Source: Eledone cirrhosa (lineage: Eukaryota). From it: 64,000 nt of DNA. Both the position numbers and the translations under genes were made by a program. The notes under the pieces are model-generated. The model searched no databases, was not told the origin of the DNA, and saw only the letters and a list, made by a program, of their open reading frames with translations. The stretch covers positions 31,558,001-31,622,000 of the forward strand of contig OZ024740.1 of the NCBI GenBank assembly GCA_964016885.1, read 5' to 3'. Positions 1 through 13,169 of this stretch are shown piece by piece. How positions within the stretch are numbered: the stretch's first letter is position 1; each line of letters opens with the position of its first letter.

Positions 1-348
1 TGGTATGAATTTGGTGGCTTTATCAAAAAATTCTGTATGAGTGTGTGTGTGTATATATATATCTCCTTATAATATATAACCAGCAATTTCTCTGTCTGTC
101 TGTCCGACAGTGGAAACACGTGCGCGCGTGGTTGCTATCTCTCTCTCTCTCTCCAGCTATCCCTTTCTTTTAGTCTGTCTGTTTCTCTCACTCTCACTCT
201 TTCTCTTTGTAACACACTAACATTCCTCCCCTCTATCGCTGTGACGAATGGGGAGATGGAGGAGGAGGAGGAGGAGAGAGTCACTTTGTCACTTCACCTC
301 TGCCTTTCTTTCTCTCCCCTCTCACTCCCTCATTACGTACAGACATTA

Positions 349-542
349 GGGCGGTGGATTGGCAGAATCTGTAGAGAGTCGGACACCATGCTTCATAGCA
401 TGGAGTTACGTCCCTTTACGGTCTGAGTTCAAATACCGCCGAGGTTAACTTTGCCTTTCATCCTCACGGGGTCGATAAAATAAAGTACCAGTAATGTACT
501 GGGTAATTGCTGGCCTTGTGCCAAAAGTAGAAACAATTATTA
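349..542 (+). mobile_element. tRNA-derived SINE, representative of a family with >=12 copies in the window
   Basis: A-box-like tggcagaatc.gtaga, B-box gagttcaaat, conserved gcctttcatcct...ggggtcgataaaataaagtaccag, (ATT) tail. Other copies at ~11632, 17100, 17583, 20055, 22980, 24362, 29635, 42685, 49938(-), 51168, 61896. Confidence 0.85.
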
Positions 543-656
543 GAAACATTGCTTCATTTTTACATATCTAAGCATTAGTAAAATAACTAATAATTTCAAA
601 AGTAATTTTTCAATTCCAATTGTTATGAACAGCAAAACATTAATAATAATTTTGTT

Positions 657-914
657 CTAAGAAATATATATACATTTCTGTGTGTGTAATATATATATAT
701 ATACACACACAGAAATATATATACATTTCTGTGTGTGTAATATATATATATACACACAGAAATATATATACATTTCTGTGTGTGTAATATATATATATAT
801 ACACACACAGAAATATATATATATATACACACAGAAATATATATACATTTCTGTGTGTGTAATATATATATATATATATACACACACAGAAATATATATA
901 CATTTCTGTGTGTG

Positions 915-953
<39 letters not shown>

Positions 954-963
954 GAAATATATG
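657..963. repeat. Palindromic minisatellite (cagaaatatatatacatttctg / tgtgtgta(at)n tacacaca)
   Basis: About 5-6 units of alternating self-complementary blocks. Confidence 0.9.
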
Positions 964-1212
964 GGCATTTCTCTGTTTGTCTGTCTGTCCTTCCCTAAAA
1001 CTCAAATGTAGGTGCTACAGAAATATTACCTTCCCCTTCCTTTCTCCACTTTGGTACTACCAAGAGAAACACTGTCGCTATAGAAACATTACCTTCCCCT
1101 CTCCACTGACTTTGGTCACTGAGGCCGAGGGAATCGCTGGTTGCTATAGAGACACCTTGCACAAGCCAGAAGTAACCAGTTCGAGGCGGTTCTGACTTGA
1201 CACCATGCCAAG

Positions 1213-1710
1213 TCTACTTATAATATATAATGGGCATTTCTCTGTTTGTTTGTCTGTCTGTCCGTCTGTAAAAAATGCCAAGGAAACAAATAGACGCGGT
1301 TTCAAATCTTTATGCTTTTCAAATTCATTACATTAATCTTTATTTATACGTTTCGCTTTACGAGTGTTTCGACTTATGAGTGTTTCGGCTTATCATTATA
1401 TATAAACGTTTCTATTTCCATCGTTTTATCGTAAACGTTTATATATTTCCATCGTTATATCATAACGTTTATGTATCATAACGTTTATATTTCCGTCACT
1501 AATCTCTTTTTCTCCTTTTTCGTTTTAACATATATTTATTTCAAAGATTTCACCGTACAGATAACATATATATTTATACATGCATAAAAGACACACCGAG
1601 AGACGGTGAACATGTGGTGCCGAAAACATTTCTCATCCAAATCTCAACAATATCAGTATATACACTAGATTTGCTAGCAGAAAACCGCCCACCGGGTGGT
1701 TTTCTGCTAG
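1213..1710 (+). mobile_element. Non-autonomous Helitron-like element, followed head-to-tail by another (1711-~3000)
   Basis: 5' TCTAC...(TCTG)n; 3' GC hairpin + CTAG at 1707-1710; the next TCTACTATAT...(TCTG)n starts at 1711. Confidence 0.65.
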
Positions 1711-3049
1711 TCTACTATATAAATAGCATTTCTGTCTGTCTGTGTATCTGTGTATAACCAATTGGCACCTACACCAGTGATCCGATCCTGATGAAACTTT
1801 ACACACATGTTAAGCTAATATTCACAAACAGAACTGGCTAATTGGATTCAATAAAAATCAATAATGGAACCCCTGGGGACATCTTTACAATGGAGAAAGA
1901 AAGAGATGACATTTCAGTGAGAGAGGGGGAAGAGGCGATACTACTGTATGTTAAACCCTCCCTACCACTACTCCCCTTCCATCTCCCACAACTCAGTCCT
2001 CCAAAACGAGGCAGCAAATTTGTACTCCCAGCATGTTAATTGTAACATGCCATCTTTGAGAGTAGAGTTTATTTCGTCGCTATTTCGAGGTGTCGGATCG
2101 TGGGAAGATTGTTCTTGGTATATAAACGCGTGCATTCCCTATTGAATTTATATTACATGAATTGTCCTTTTAAACATAAGTAAATCCATTCGTTTTCACT
2201 TAAACAACAGTCTTTTTGCTTGCAACTTTAACACTACTCGGCAAGCCCACATTGGATTTTCAATAAAATCCATGTTTAATGCCTTTATATTAGAGTACTA
2301 TATCTAAGCAATTCCATTTCTTAACACTTAAACTCCAAGTTTTGAACTTATTAACTTACACAAAGCAACTCACATGTAGTGTGTGCTTACACTTACAATG
2401 TCAGGATGCAGAAAGCCAACAGAGTCATTAGCAATTAATGGTTTCGCTTCTTATTTGCTTAGCGACACAGCTCACCAGATGACACCCACCCCATCCCCTT
2501 CTTGGTTACTGTCAAGCTTCTGAAGTGCGTTGAATCGTCACTTTGCGCCATTTTTGTAGTTACCTATGGAACTAAAATTTAAAATCTTTCGATTTTCCTA
2601 TCACCCAACTTACTTATATTCAAAAAGGACATAGGGTGACGATTTAGGGTAGTTCAGATGTCTACTATATGGGGAACACGGGATGGTTTTATTGAATTGC
2701 TTCAGTCATTCGAAGGGCTTTACGAACAGTGATATACAGGGTGCTTGAACAGTACCTGAATATATTCACTCGGTTATAATTTCTTCCCGGCTTATTCACT
2801 CTGAATGAAGAAAGCTGGATGGAAGAAGGACTTATGACTTAAACAGCTAGTTCCACACAAAAAAAAATTAATCTGCCATAAACACCTAGCAATAGTTGCT
2901 ATTGAAAATCCATTACGGGCACCCAGAGTCCTAGCATTTTCAGGCACACTCTGGGAACTGCGAATAACCCAACCTTTCCTGGGTATTACCAAGTACTGCA
3001 GCTATATATATATATATATATATATAGGGAGAGAGAGAGAGAGAGAGAG

Positions 3050-5190
3050 AGAGGTGTATGTCTGTCTGTCTGATAGCACACACATACTGCATTAACTTCT
3101 GTTTATTTTTCATAAACAACAAACAAAACTAACGGTTGAATCAAATTTTTGGTGAATAAATATTCATTTGGAAAATCTCATAAAGCTAGAGAAATGGATC
3201 TGACCTCCAAATTACGTGAAAACGGATTTGACTTACAGAGAAACACTTTGGAACTTCTGGAGCTCTCACAGCCTCATCTGGCTCTCGCAGTTTGGATTTT
3301 TCCCTAACTCCAGCTGCTGTGATCAGCTTATCGAGTTCCTTGAAGACATTACCCGGATCACTGACAGCGGCTCATGGGTGGATGTTGTTTACCTTGGCTT
3401 CGCTAAGGCTTTTAATTCTGTGCCACACAAAAGACTTATGGCGAAACTCTCTGCAATGGGTGTGAAGGATGATCTTTTTAACTGGTTGAAATCCTTCATT
3501 CTCAGCCGAAAAGAGATAGTCACTGTTCTAGGACAGCATTCTTCACCATATGAGATGTCATCTGGTGTACCACAGAGATCTGTTCTTGGTCTCCTTTTGT
3601 TTGTGGCATATATTAATGACATAGATGCCAACTTACAGAATGCCACGGTACTGAAATATGCAGATGACATCAAGCTGTACCTTGAAATCAAAAGGACTGA
3701 TCCTGAAATCTACAACTCTTTCCTACAATCAGACCTGGACACAATGCAGCAATGGATCACAGACTGGCAACTGAAGCTGGCTGTGGACAAGTGTACCACC
3801 ATGCATTTTGGGAGGAAAAATCCAGCGTCCACATACTCCCTCAACAACACTGATATCAAGAAGTCCTCTTGTGAACGTGACCTGGGCATTACTGTCAGCA
3901 GCGATTTGCATTGGACAAAGCATGTCTCTAAGATTGTCAAGAAGGCCGAGGGTGTCTTGGCATCACTCAGCAAGACTTTTATTAGCCGCTCTCCAGCCAT
4001 TTATTTAAAACTGTATACAGCTATGGTACGACCACACTTGGAATTCGCATCATCAGTCTGGAACCCCTATCTTGCTCAGAACATTGACCCCTGGAAACTG
4101 TTCAGAGACGTGCAACCAAGCGCATACCCTCCATCAGACACCTACCATACTCTGAACGCCTTGCTTCCCTGGGCATGGATACATTGAAGCTCCGACGTCT
4201 GGCAATGGACTTGGTAAACACCCACAAAGTTATTAACCATCTAGCCAACAACAACCCTGAGCACCTTTTTGATCTCCATGTGTCTAACACACGTGGACAT
4301 GCCTACAAAATCAGAAAACAGCAGAGCTCCCATGACTTTCGGAAACATTTTCTCCCGCTCAGAGTTGCTGAAGCATGGAACAAACTGCCTGCATCAGTTG
4401 TTAGCTGTCGAGACACTACATCCTTTAAAACCCTCATGCTTCCCGAAATTCGCCAAAACTACACCTGATGTACCCCTTCCATACACATGCACACATGTGT
4501 ATATCATGACTCATGCACTGTTCATTTTCCTGACGTTTGTACATTACCCTATGTACTATACATACACTTTTTGTTGAGTTGTAGTGCACCTGAGCACTGT
4601 ACACAATATTTCATTATTATTATTATTTTAAATCATGCTAAAACAATTCCTTTTTCAGAAAAGGTAAAGATTTGGCTGCTATTTCTAGCATGTCAAGCAA
4701 CCACGTAGCTGTTGAAATTTTGCCGTAGCTGTCCCCTTTCCAAAAAAATATCCGTCTCCATTTTGAAAAATGGAAGGCTTAAGTTAGGGTTAGGGAATCC
4801 CATGAAAGAAAACTAATTTTTTTTAATAGAAAACTTTATGGGGGGGGGGGGGAGTCCAAGGGTCTGCCCTCTCTTCCGTTTTCCAGAGAAAGATCATTTG
4901 CAGCAGAGTCAGAGATGAGATTAATTGATAGCTCACAAATAAGCCAAACAATTATAATTATTTCCAACAAAAATCAAGAATTTGTTCTAAGAATTTACTG
5001 AATTTCTATCATAATTTACTTTTATGGGTTTTTTTAATTTCCAATTTATTATTGTTGTTGATCTCACAGAATTTGTTATGCCAATAATATTAGAATCACT
5101 AATCACAATAAGTATTAAGAAAATATATCAAGTTTTGAATAAAATTTCATTATTTTCTTTAACCTGGACAACGCTGGGTACTTCTGCTAG
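3050..5190 (+). mobile_element. Non-autonomous Helitron-like element interrupted by a LINE
   Basis: (TCTG)n near the 5' end; 3' end cctggacaacgctggg...ctgCTAG|T. Confidence 0.6.
3228..4627 (+). mobile_element. 5'-truncated CR1/L2-group LINE (RT) inserted into a Helitron-like element
   Basis: ORF 3216-4187 has YLGFAKAFNSVPH, SGVPQRSVLG, KYADDIK, ERDLGI, VRPHLEF; (ATT)n tail. Confidence 0.9.
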
Positions 5191-5624
5191 TATATATATA
5201 TATATCAGATAGGGTGTGGTAAAAACCAGGTAGACCATAACCCACCAGAGTACTCAGTACTTGGGGTAGTAGAGTCAGATCTAGCTGTCGAAACGGCTGG
5301 GTCCTGAATCTTTTCATATATATATATATAACGTTCCTAGAGCAACCGCAGAGAGTGAAAACCCGCGAATATTGTACGTGGTCCATAAAAATGCCTATAA
5401 ACATGAAAACATGTAAAATATAGGCCGACAAATATGGTATATTGTTATTAATAATTTAGCGTTAAAAAACGTGAAAAAATATATATTACAACAAAAAACA
5501 CCATTAAAAAATCACAGTAGATATTTATGATTCCGCAAATTTGCGGAGGTTTCCATAAATCATTTTTAGTTATGTTCTAAGGAAAATTCTGTGAATAACC
5601 GGGACCAGGAATGTGAGGAGAACA

Positions 5625-5677
<53 letters not shown>

Positions 5678-5750
5678 GAAATAGCAACACAATCGGTACA
5701 GTATATAGAAGGGATATATTAGGTTAACGCTTGATATAGCAGGAAGAGGG

Positions 5751-5786
5751 TCTTAACGTTTCGGACGCTAGTCTTTCATCAGAAGA
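5751..5786 (-). ncRNA. Minimal hammerhead-like motif in a ~365-bp element (5671-6037) bounded by (TA)n
   Basis: Minus strand TCTT-CTGATGA-A-AGAC(tagc)GTCC-GAAA-CG-TT-AAGA. Palindromic AACGTT fits dimer-type minimal hammerheads; one stem II mismatch. Confidence 0.6.
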
Positions 5787-6033
5787 AAGAATGAGAAATA
5801 AGATAGATTGAGGGGACGGGTGGGATGGAATTGGAAAAAATGTCTTTAGATAAAAATAACAGGTCCATTCGTGTTGACATCTCTGGCAATCTCCCCCCAC
5901 CTCATAAGCGCCAAAACCTGGTGACAGGCCTAAGACATTAACCACTGGAAATACCTCTTTATGTTGCATTTCTCCTCTTTGGAATTCTGAATGGCACAAT
6001 ATTCCTTCTTCAATTCTTGCACTGTGGCCATGC

Positions 6034-6086
<53 letters not shown>

Positions 6087-6189
6087 ATTAATCGTTAATG
6101 ACTCTGTTGGCTTTCTGCATCCTGACATTGTAAGTGTAAGCGCATTGTAAGTGTAATTGTAAGTGTAAGCTTCAGTGATTTGAGGTAAG

Positions 6190-6595
6190 CTCTCACCACC
6201 TCTGCCCATGTTTTTCGTGTTCTTCCTTTACTGCGTTTTCTTCCACTGGGATTTCTTGGCACTTTTTCACCCAGCGATCATCTTCCATGTGCATCACATG
6301 GCCATACCAACGCAGTCTTCTCCCCTGCATACTACAGTTTCACTCTCAACTCGTCCATGCTTGGTCGTTCATGCACATTGACATTGCACATCCATCGGAG
6401 CATGCTTGCTTAATTTCTCTCCAGCCTTCGCATATCCTCCGCAGTTGCTGCCCATGTTTCACTACCATGCAGCATCGGGCATCTCACAAAGGCATCATAT
6501 AACCAACCTTTCATTCATAGGGAGAAACCTTTCGTTGTCAACAGAGGAAGCAACTCCCTAAACTTATTCCATCCTGTCCTTATTCTAGATACTAT
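6190..6595 (-). mobile_element. RTE LINE fragment
   Basis: Similar to 43860-44280 (minus-strand LHGSETWA...LRWYGHV). Confidence 0.8.
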
Positions 6596-6939
6596 GTGTG
6601 TGTGTGTCGATGTTTACTGTTTGTTTTTGACAATAAAAGATCAATAAAAAATAAATGTCAGATTTGAAACAAAATATATACTGGGTCAGTTTGATTGAAA
6701 AAAATTATCTTCAAAGCATGGACACAGTATAATGACTGAAATCAGTAAAAGAGTAATATATATATATATATAGGCATGCACAATATCATGATTATCCCAT
6801 GACAATTATTTACAAGTCCTTAATCATGATTGTTGAATATTTTATTCTGTTTAAAAACGACCATTTGAATATAATGAAGTATAATCAATTTATTTTGAAG
6901 AAAAACTGAAAAAACTCTGGGAAACTAAATCAGAACAAC

Positions 6940-8625
6940 CTGCCATCCCCTGCACATAATCATATACTGGAATCAAGGTACAAATTGTTGTCTTTGAATG
7001 CACGTAGTCTATGCAATAAGATTCATCTTTTTGACTCCTACGTCAAAAGTATCAACCCTGACTTCATTACAGTCACGGAAACTTGGGCACATCCCTTACT
7101 CTGTGATGGGGTTTTCAGCATAACTGGCTACAACCTGTTTCGTAAAGACCGCATTAATTGTGGTGGTGGTGGTGGTGTAATTGTCTACGTTAGGTCAAAT
7201 CTGTCAGCAATCCCTTATGTTGATTTGAACCAATCACAGCAGGAAGTTTTTTTCTGTGACATACGTATGACCATGTCAACACTGCTACTTGGAGTCATTT
7301 ACCGTCTCCCAAATTACCATCAGGACACTCAACTTTGTGATATCCTCAGAGCTGCTGCCAGGAAAATAGCCACTTATGTCTTTATTGCAGGAGACATCAA
7401 TCACCCAGAGATTAACTGGGAAACCTTTCGTTGGCCGCCAAGTGCAAATGACTTCCTTGAGCTAGTGCTGGACTCGAATTGGTCCCAAGTAGTCACCTCC
7501 CCAACAAGAGGTGACAACACATTGGACCTACTCTTCACCACTACTCCTGAAACGGTCATTAGTGTTACTGCTGAAGAACCTTTAGGTGACTCTGATCATG
7601 CTATGATCATTGCCAATCTATCCCTCATGGGCAGTAATAAGAACCACAACCATCTCCAAACTGCTCACTTTTACTGGAATAAAGCAGACTGGAACTGTTA
7701 CTGCACCGAGCTGCAACGTCCAAACTGGCTTGAGTTCTACGACTCTGGAGATGTTAACACTGTACTCCAGAACATCCTGAGCTCAATATGGACAGCATGT
7801 GCAGCATCGGTGCCACGTAAGCGGAAAAACATCACAAAAGTGCAATTTGGGAGACTGCAGCAGTCCGCTTTGCTAGAAAAGAATGTTGCAATGCTGAACG
7901 TGAGTACAAACTGCACAAATCAGACATCAATAGGAAGAGGCGAAATAAATCGTCCAACCACCTCAAACAGGTGACAAAAAAGACAGTGCTTCAATTTGAG
8001 CAGCGCATAGCAACCAGCCCTGACAGTAAGGTGTTCTGGAAGTATGTTCATCAAAGCAGAGGCCTCACTCTCCAGTTGGTGCTCTTCACAATCCTCACAC
8101 AAGCCAGGTTACTGACGACCCCCAAGGAATGTGCAGAGCTCATTGCTGAATGCTATGCAGGCATTTTCACTATTGAAGACCAGAGTGTACCGTCTCCACC
8201 ACCTATGACACCGGACTCTATTACAACCATGAATTTACACCTGCAATGCTGCGACGTCACCTAAAAAATAAACGCAACCATGCCTCTCCTGGTCTTGATG
8301 GTGTTACGTACCTGCTTCTTAAATGTGGTGGGTACTTCCTTCTGCACCAGCTATCACGCTTTTTGATTTCCATGTGTCTAACACACGTGAACATGTCCAC
8401 AAAGTCAGAAAACAGCACAGTTCCCATGACTTTCGGAAACATTTTTTCACGCTCAGAGTTGCTGAAGCATGGAACAAACTACCTGCATCAGTTGTTAGCT
8501 GTCATGACATTGCATCCTTTAAAACCTCCATGCTTCCCGAGATTCGCCAACACTACACCTAATGTTCCCCCTCCATACACATACACACATGTATATCATG
8601 ACTCATACACTATTCACTTCCCTTT
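6940..8625 (+). mobile_element. CR1/L2-group LINE with APE endonuclease joined directly to the 3' end (RT core missing)
   Basis: ORF 6985-7974 has LSLNARSL, TETW, GDINHP, TRGDNTLDL, GDSDH. After SPGLDG (~8290) the sequence switches at ~8360 to a match with 4265-4530. Confidence 0.85.
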
Positions 8626-8711
8626 TGCTTTTCATCCTGATGGGGTTGAAGCAGTTTATAAAATAATGATGATAATATTTATATTTTGTGTATTTGTATC
8701 TTGTATTATAT

Positions 8712-9335
8712 GTATCAACAGAGGTCACCAATATAGCAGACATTTAATAGTCACCAGTTTAGCTGTTAAATACTATTATGTCATGTAATAATAATATCAA
8801 CAACAATATGTAGTTTGTTGTAACAGGAAAGGTATGGTTTGTTATATCAATAAATATTAGTTGAATTGAGGTTTTGCTGTAAGTCTCAGGTTCTGTTGCT
8901 GCTGTGATAATAACTCTGGAAGGAATCTTTCCATATCACATTTAAAGGCATGGCTGTGGTAAATAGCACCACAAGACTTTACAATGTTTTTACATCATTT
9001 ATTTACAAAGGTTGAGTTGGATTGAGCTGACATGCCAAACAAATGAAACAAACAAATTAAGATTTCAGAAGGCACGGTCCACTGGATGAGGTGTTAGCCA
9101 AGGCCGCTGTTATGTTGTAGTGTTACATATTGGCTAGTGATTTCACGACAAAAGAAAAATGGTTGTTTACCTTTCCACAGTTGAAGCAACAAGAGATCGA
9201 GTTTATTGAAAGGAGCGGGAAAGTCTCAGTTTGGGCGGAAGTTGAAAATACATATCTGTGCGCGGCTCACGATTGGCCTGACTTAGCCAAATCATGCACG
9301 AATAGCCTATCAATGTGCCAAAGGAAAGTAGCTTG
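8712..9335 (+). repeat. ~620-bp interspersed repeat (probable DNA-transposon derivative); inverted second copy at ~25445-26092
   Basis: Direct sequence match; ORFs 9130-9360(+) and 25389-25616(-) give near-identical peptides. Confidence 0.8.
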
Positions 9336-9557
9336 TTACAGGGCCAATAAAATAAAGTAGCAGTAATACACTGGGATAATTGCTGGCCTTGTGCCAAAAG
9401 TAGAAACAGTTATTGTTACTGAACTTCAAAATGGTATATCACACAGACATTGCTAAATATAAGTTTATTCCTAAATAACCATTAATGTTTAAAATAAAAA
9501 CTCACAATTATTTTTGCACCAACTTGATGTATTTTATTTCCATAATTATACTTCTAG

Positions 9558-9713
9558 CTGATGAAACTGATGGATCTGAAATTCATTTCAAAGAATGGGA
9601 GAGAACAACATTATCTGGGTCTATAATTCCTTTTGATATAAATGACCCAAGATTTAATGTTGCTGATAATTGCAGAGGCAAAATAAGTTTATATGACAAC
9701 CAGTCACCACATG
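9558..9713 (+). CDS. LRRK2: LRRK2-like exon A (pre-LRR linker)
   Basis: cttctag|CT...CATG|gtaatt, phase 1-1; [15 protein letters not shown]...DNQSPH. Supported mainly by phase continuity with downstream exons. Confidence 0.7.
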
Positions 9714-12700
9714 GTAATTGCAACATATTTTTTTATTATATCAACATTTCATTATTTTCCCATCAAAATTTTTTTTATTAATACCATATAATGGCAAGGA
9801 AGGAACTAACTGATGTAATTTCCAGGAATGTGCTACATATGATGCCTTGTATTCAGTGGTGTGATTGTATTAATAATAATTTCTAATTTAGGCACAAGAA
9901 AAAGAGATGATATATGATATGAAATGCTGGTATATGCATATTTGATTGATTGCTTTAACCAATTCATAAATATTTGATTCAGTAATAGAATTATACATTT
10001 ATTTTATTTTATTTCATTTTTTTTTTCCAGAACCATGGCTTCGTAAAAGCTGTATCTTAACAGAAAGCTCTCCACCAGATGTTGGTTGTTTAGATCCAGA
10101 CGATGCTGGTATTTACAATGACATTATGCCAAAATCAAAGGTAGGCTATGTCACAGGATTAACAAGTTGTTCTCCCAAACAAAAACAACAACAACAAAAA
10201 ACACTTATGTATTTCATATTAAAAAAAGAAGTATTTCTTGTATCTAGAAGCTTATCAAACAAGAGTTTATCTTGTGCTGTTAAGCAACTGAGAGTGCAAA
10301 ACATTCCCCTAGACATGAAGCCAGTCCAGATGTTGCTGGTCCTAATACCCAACTGAGTAGACCAGAGCAATATGAAATAAGACATGTAAAGGAACTCTGT
10401 TGAGGAAACCCCGACTATCCCCAGCTGCAACCTGGTGCAGTCTGCGACTGACCCAGGTTCTGCTGCATGTTGGGCTGAGGAGGCCAAACTCTCCAAGTAC
10501 CGGTCGCTCTCCAACAGGTTTGCGGTCGTACCCTTGGCAGTGGAGACTTCTAGTGTTCTCGGCCCTAGGGCTATCTCCCTACTCACCACCATAGGCGCTG
10601 AGCTGGCCAGCCACAGGTGTGAGCCTCGTGAGCTGGAATGGCTCTCCCTTGCCGTCCTCCGGGGAAATGACTTCTCCATTCTCTCCGCCGGGGCTGTGGG
10701 GAGGCCATCAATATGATTGACTGACTTGTCATTTTATCATGTACTTTTTATATATCTATATCTGTCCAACACCATATAATGAAAGCATATAACCAGCTAC
10801 ATCAGGCCAACACCTGCTACCATGTTGAGACTTTCCACTTAACCCTTCTAAAGTTGTCATGCTACTACTACTTCTAGCTAGTATAATCTAGCCTCCTCCA
10901 TTAGTTCCTGCTCCTTACCTGTAAGGGTTGTGATGTTCCAGGTTCCAAATGTCAAGTTTTGTTCCCTTCCAAACACTCTCTTTTGTTGACTGTTGTCTAT
11001 GAGAAGCTGTAGCTGGTTAGTTTATTAGGGTACCAATGTGTGCATGGCTTGTATCATGCAATTTAAATTGCCTCCTGTCTTTCAGAAAGGTTCCACTAGA
11101 ACTGAAAATAAATACAACGAAGAACTAGTTTATTCTTTGACAATGTCTAACAAGCAAGGGGTTTTGTTAGCTTGCAGCAATGTTATTCAATATTCAACTG
11201 GTAGTTTACCAGAACCCACCACCACCACCAATAGCAAGTTTTGCATTCTAGAGAGAACACTTTAACTTGATCTAAGCTATTTTCACTGTGACAGCCAATA
11301 GCATGAATCTATGGTTCAGAGAAACTGATAGATGTCTATATTGATCTTTCATCATTCAAAGAAATAGCACAAGTTATCCATATGAAAAAGGAAAGGATTT
11401 GATCATCAGATTGGACCAAGAAGACTATGTTTCCATTAGTCTTTCCATTGCTGATACTATCTAGCAGTCAAAACTCCTAACAGAAGGTAGAATTTGACCT
11501 CAGTACATACAAAACAAGATCAGATACTGCAAAGCATCCTTCTTTAACAGATATTAGGCACCCCTGTCCACTTTTTCATCTTTCAGGGTAATTTTCCCAA
11601 TTTTCTCAACTATTATCCATAGTTATCAACCATTTACGTCCCTTTATGGTCTGAGTTCAAATCCCGCCAAGGTTAAATTTGTCTTTCATCCTTACGGGGC
11701 CGATAAAATAAAGCACCAGTAATACACTGGGTTAATTGCTGGCCTTGTGCCAAAAGTAGAAACAATTATTACAGTTATTTTCTGCATTTAAGACTGTCAC
11801 ATTTTCAATTATATATGATATATTCATTATAGTATTCCAAGCTATAACAGAGGAATTAAAACTTGCTGCCCAGGAGAACTTTTCTAGGCAAATGATCTGG
11901 TCCTTATAGCCAATCCATTAAAGATCTCGGATATAAGTTCCAACTATGGAAACAAAATTTAGAATCAAAAGACCTAAGAGTAAACTTATCCAAATCTAAA
12001 GAGTAGGAGAGAAGATAGGACCCTGATTCCTTCAGGGAAGTGGCCCAGCTCAATATGTAGAAAGGGAGTAGGCATAAACTCCATACGATGTACACAAAAG
12101 ATGAAGTAGACTAACAGGAAGCAAAGACTTTTTTTTATAGAGGATGCTTAGTGGTAACCAAAGGGAAAATAACCAGTGATGTAAGCCTATTCCTGCCACA
12201 GGAAGAACTCATAGAAGTGGTTGATAGCTTCTGCACTCTAGGCAACATAATTAGCAATGAAGAAGAGTGCTTTGGGAGCATAATAGCTAGAATAAGGATA
12301 GGATCGGAAATGTTCAGTGAGCTCCCACTGTTGACCACAAAAGGTTTCTCCCTACATACAACAGGATGACTGTGTGACGCCTGTGTGCAAAGTGCGATGC
12401 TGCATGGTAATGAAACATGGGCTGTGATTGCAGAAGACATACATAGACTGGAAACAAATGAAGCAATGCTCCATTGGATGTGTAATGTATGTGTGAGAGA
12501 GAAGCAGAGCTTAGACGAGTTGAGGGAGAAGCTGAGTTTAAGAGAAATCCAAAGTGATGTGCAAGAGAGAAGACTGCATTGGTATAGACATGTGATGTGC
12601 ATGGACAATGACTGTTGAGTGAAAAGTGCCAGGAAATATTAGTGGAAGGAAGTCATGATAGAGATAGATCAAGAAAGACCTGGGCAGATGTTATGAGAGC

Positions 12701-13123
12701 TGACTTCAAAGGATCGCAACATGTGGAGAGATGCCATGCTGCGAAGGACCCGTCCAATCTATGCAAGCTTGGAAAAGCAGACGTAAAAATAATGATGATG
12801 ATCATATGATATATATAAAGGAAGGTAAAAACCCTACTGCGATGCCTAGCGTTTTTGCTTGTGACATTTCAAGCGTTGCTAAATACAAACCAAAATCACT
12901 TGGTGTCTTGGACAGGTTTTACCTTCTTTTATACCCACTCTGCTTCTTCCTATGTATAGAATACTAACCTGATTTGTGGTCTCCCTGGCTTTACATATAT
13001 CATCATCATCATCATCATCATTTAACGTCTATCTTCCACGCTAGCATGGGTTAGACGGGAGTTGTCCCACTTGAAGCAAGATTGATCGGGTGACCGTGTC
13101 TCGCTCGTATAGGACTATCTGGC

Positions 13124-13169
<46 letters not shown>

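Noticed and set aside
349-542. tRNA gene (also at other SINE heads)
   Set aside because: A/B boxes are present, but there is no full cloverleaf and each copy continues into a shared SINE body and tail.
623-1011. Multiple YI/CV-rich ORFs (also at 41076-41481)
   Set aside because: These are translations of (TA)n/(TG)n microsatellites.
4784-4795. (TTAGGG)2 telomeric repeat
   Set aside because: Only two units, inside a transposon-derived region.
11086-11265. Possible extra LRRK2 exon after tttcag
   Set aside because: No clear donor, adjacent to a LINE remnant, and exons B and C already join in phase.
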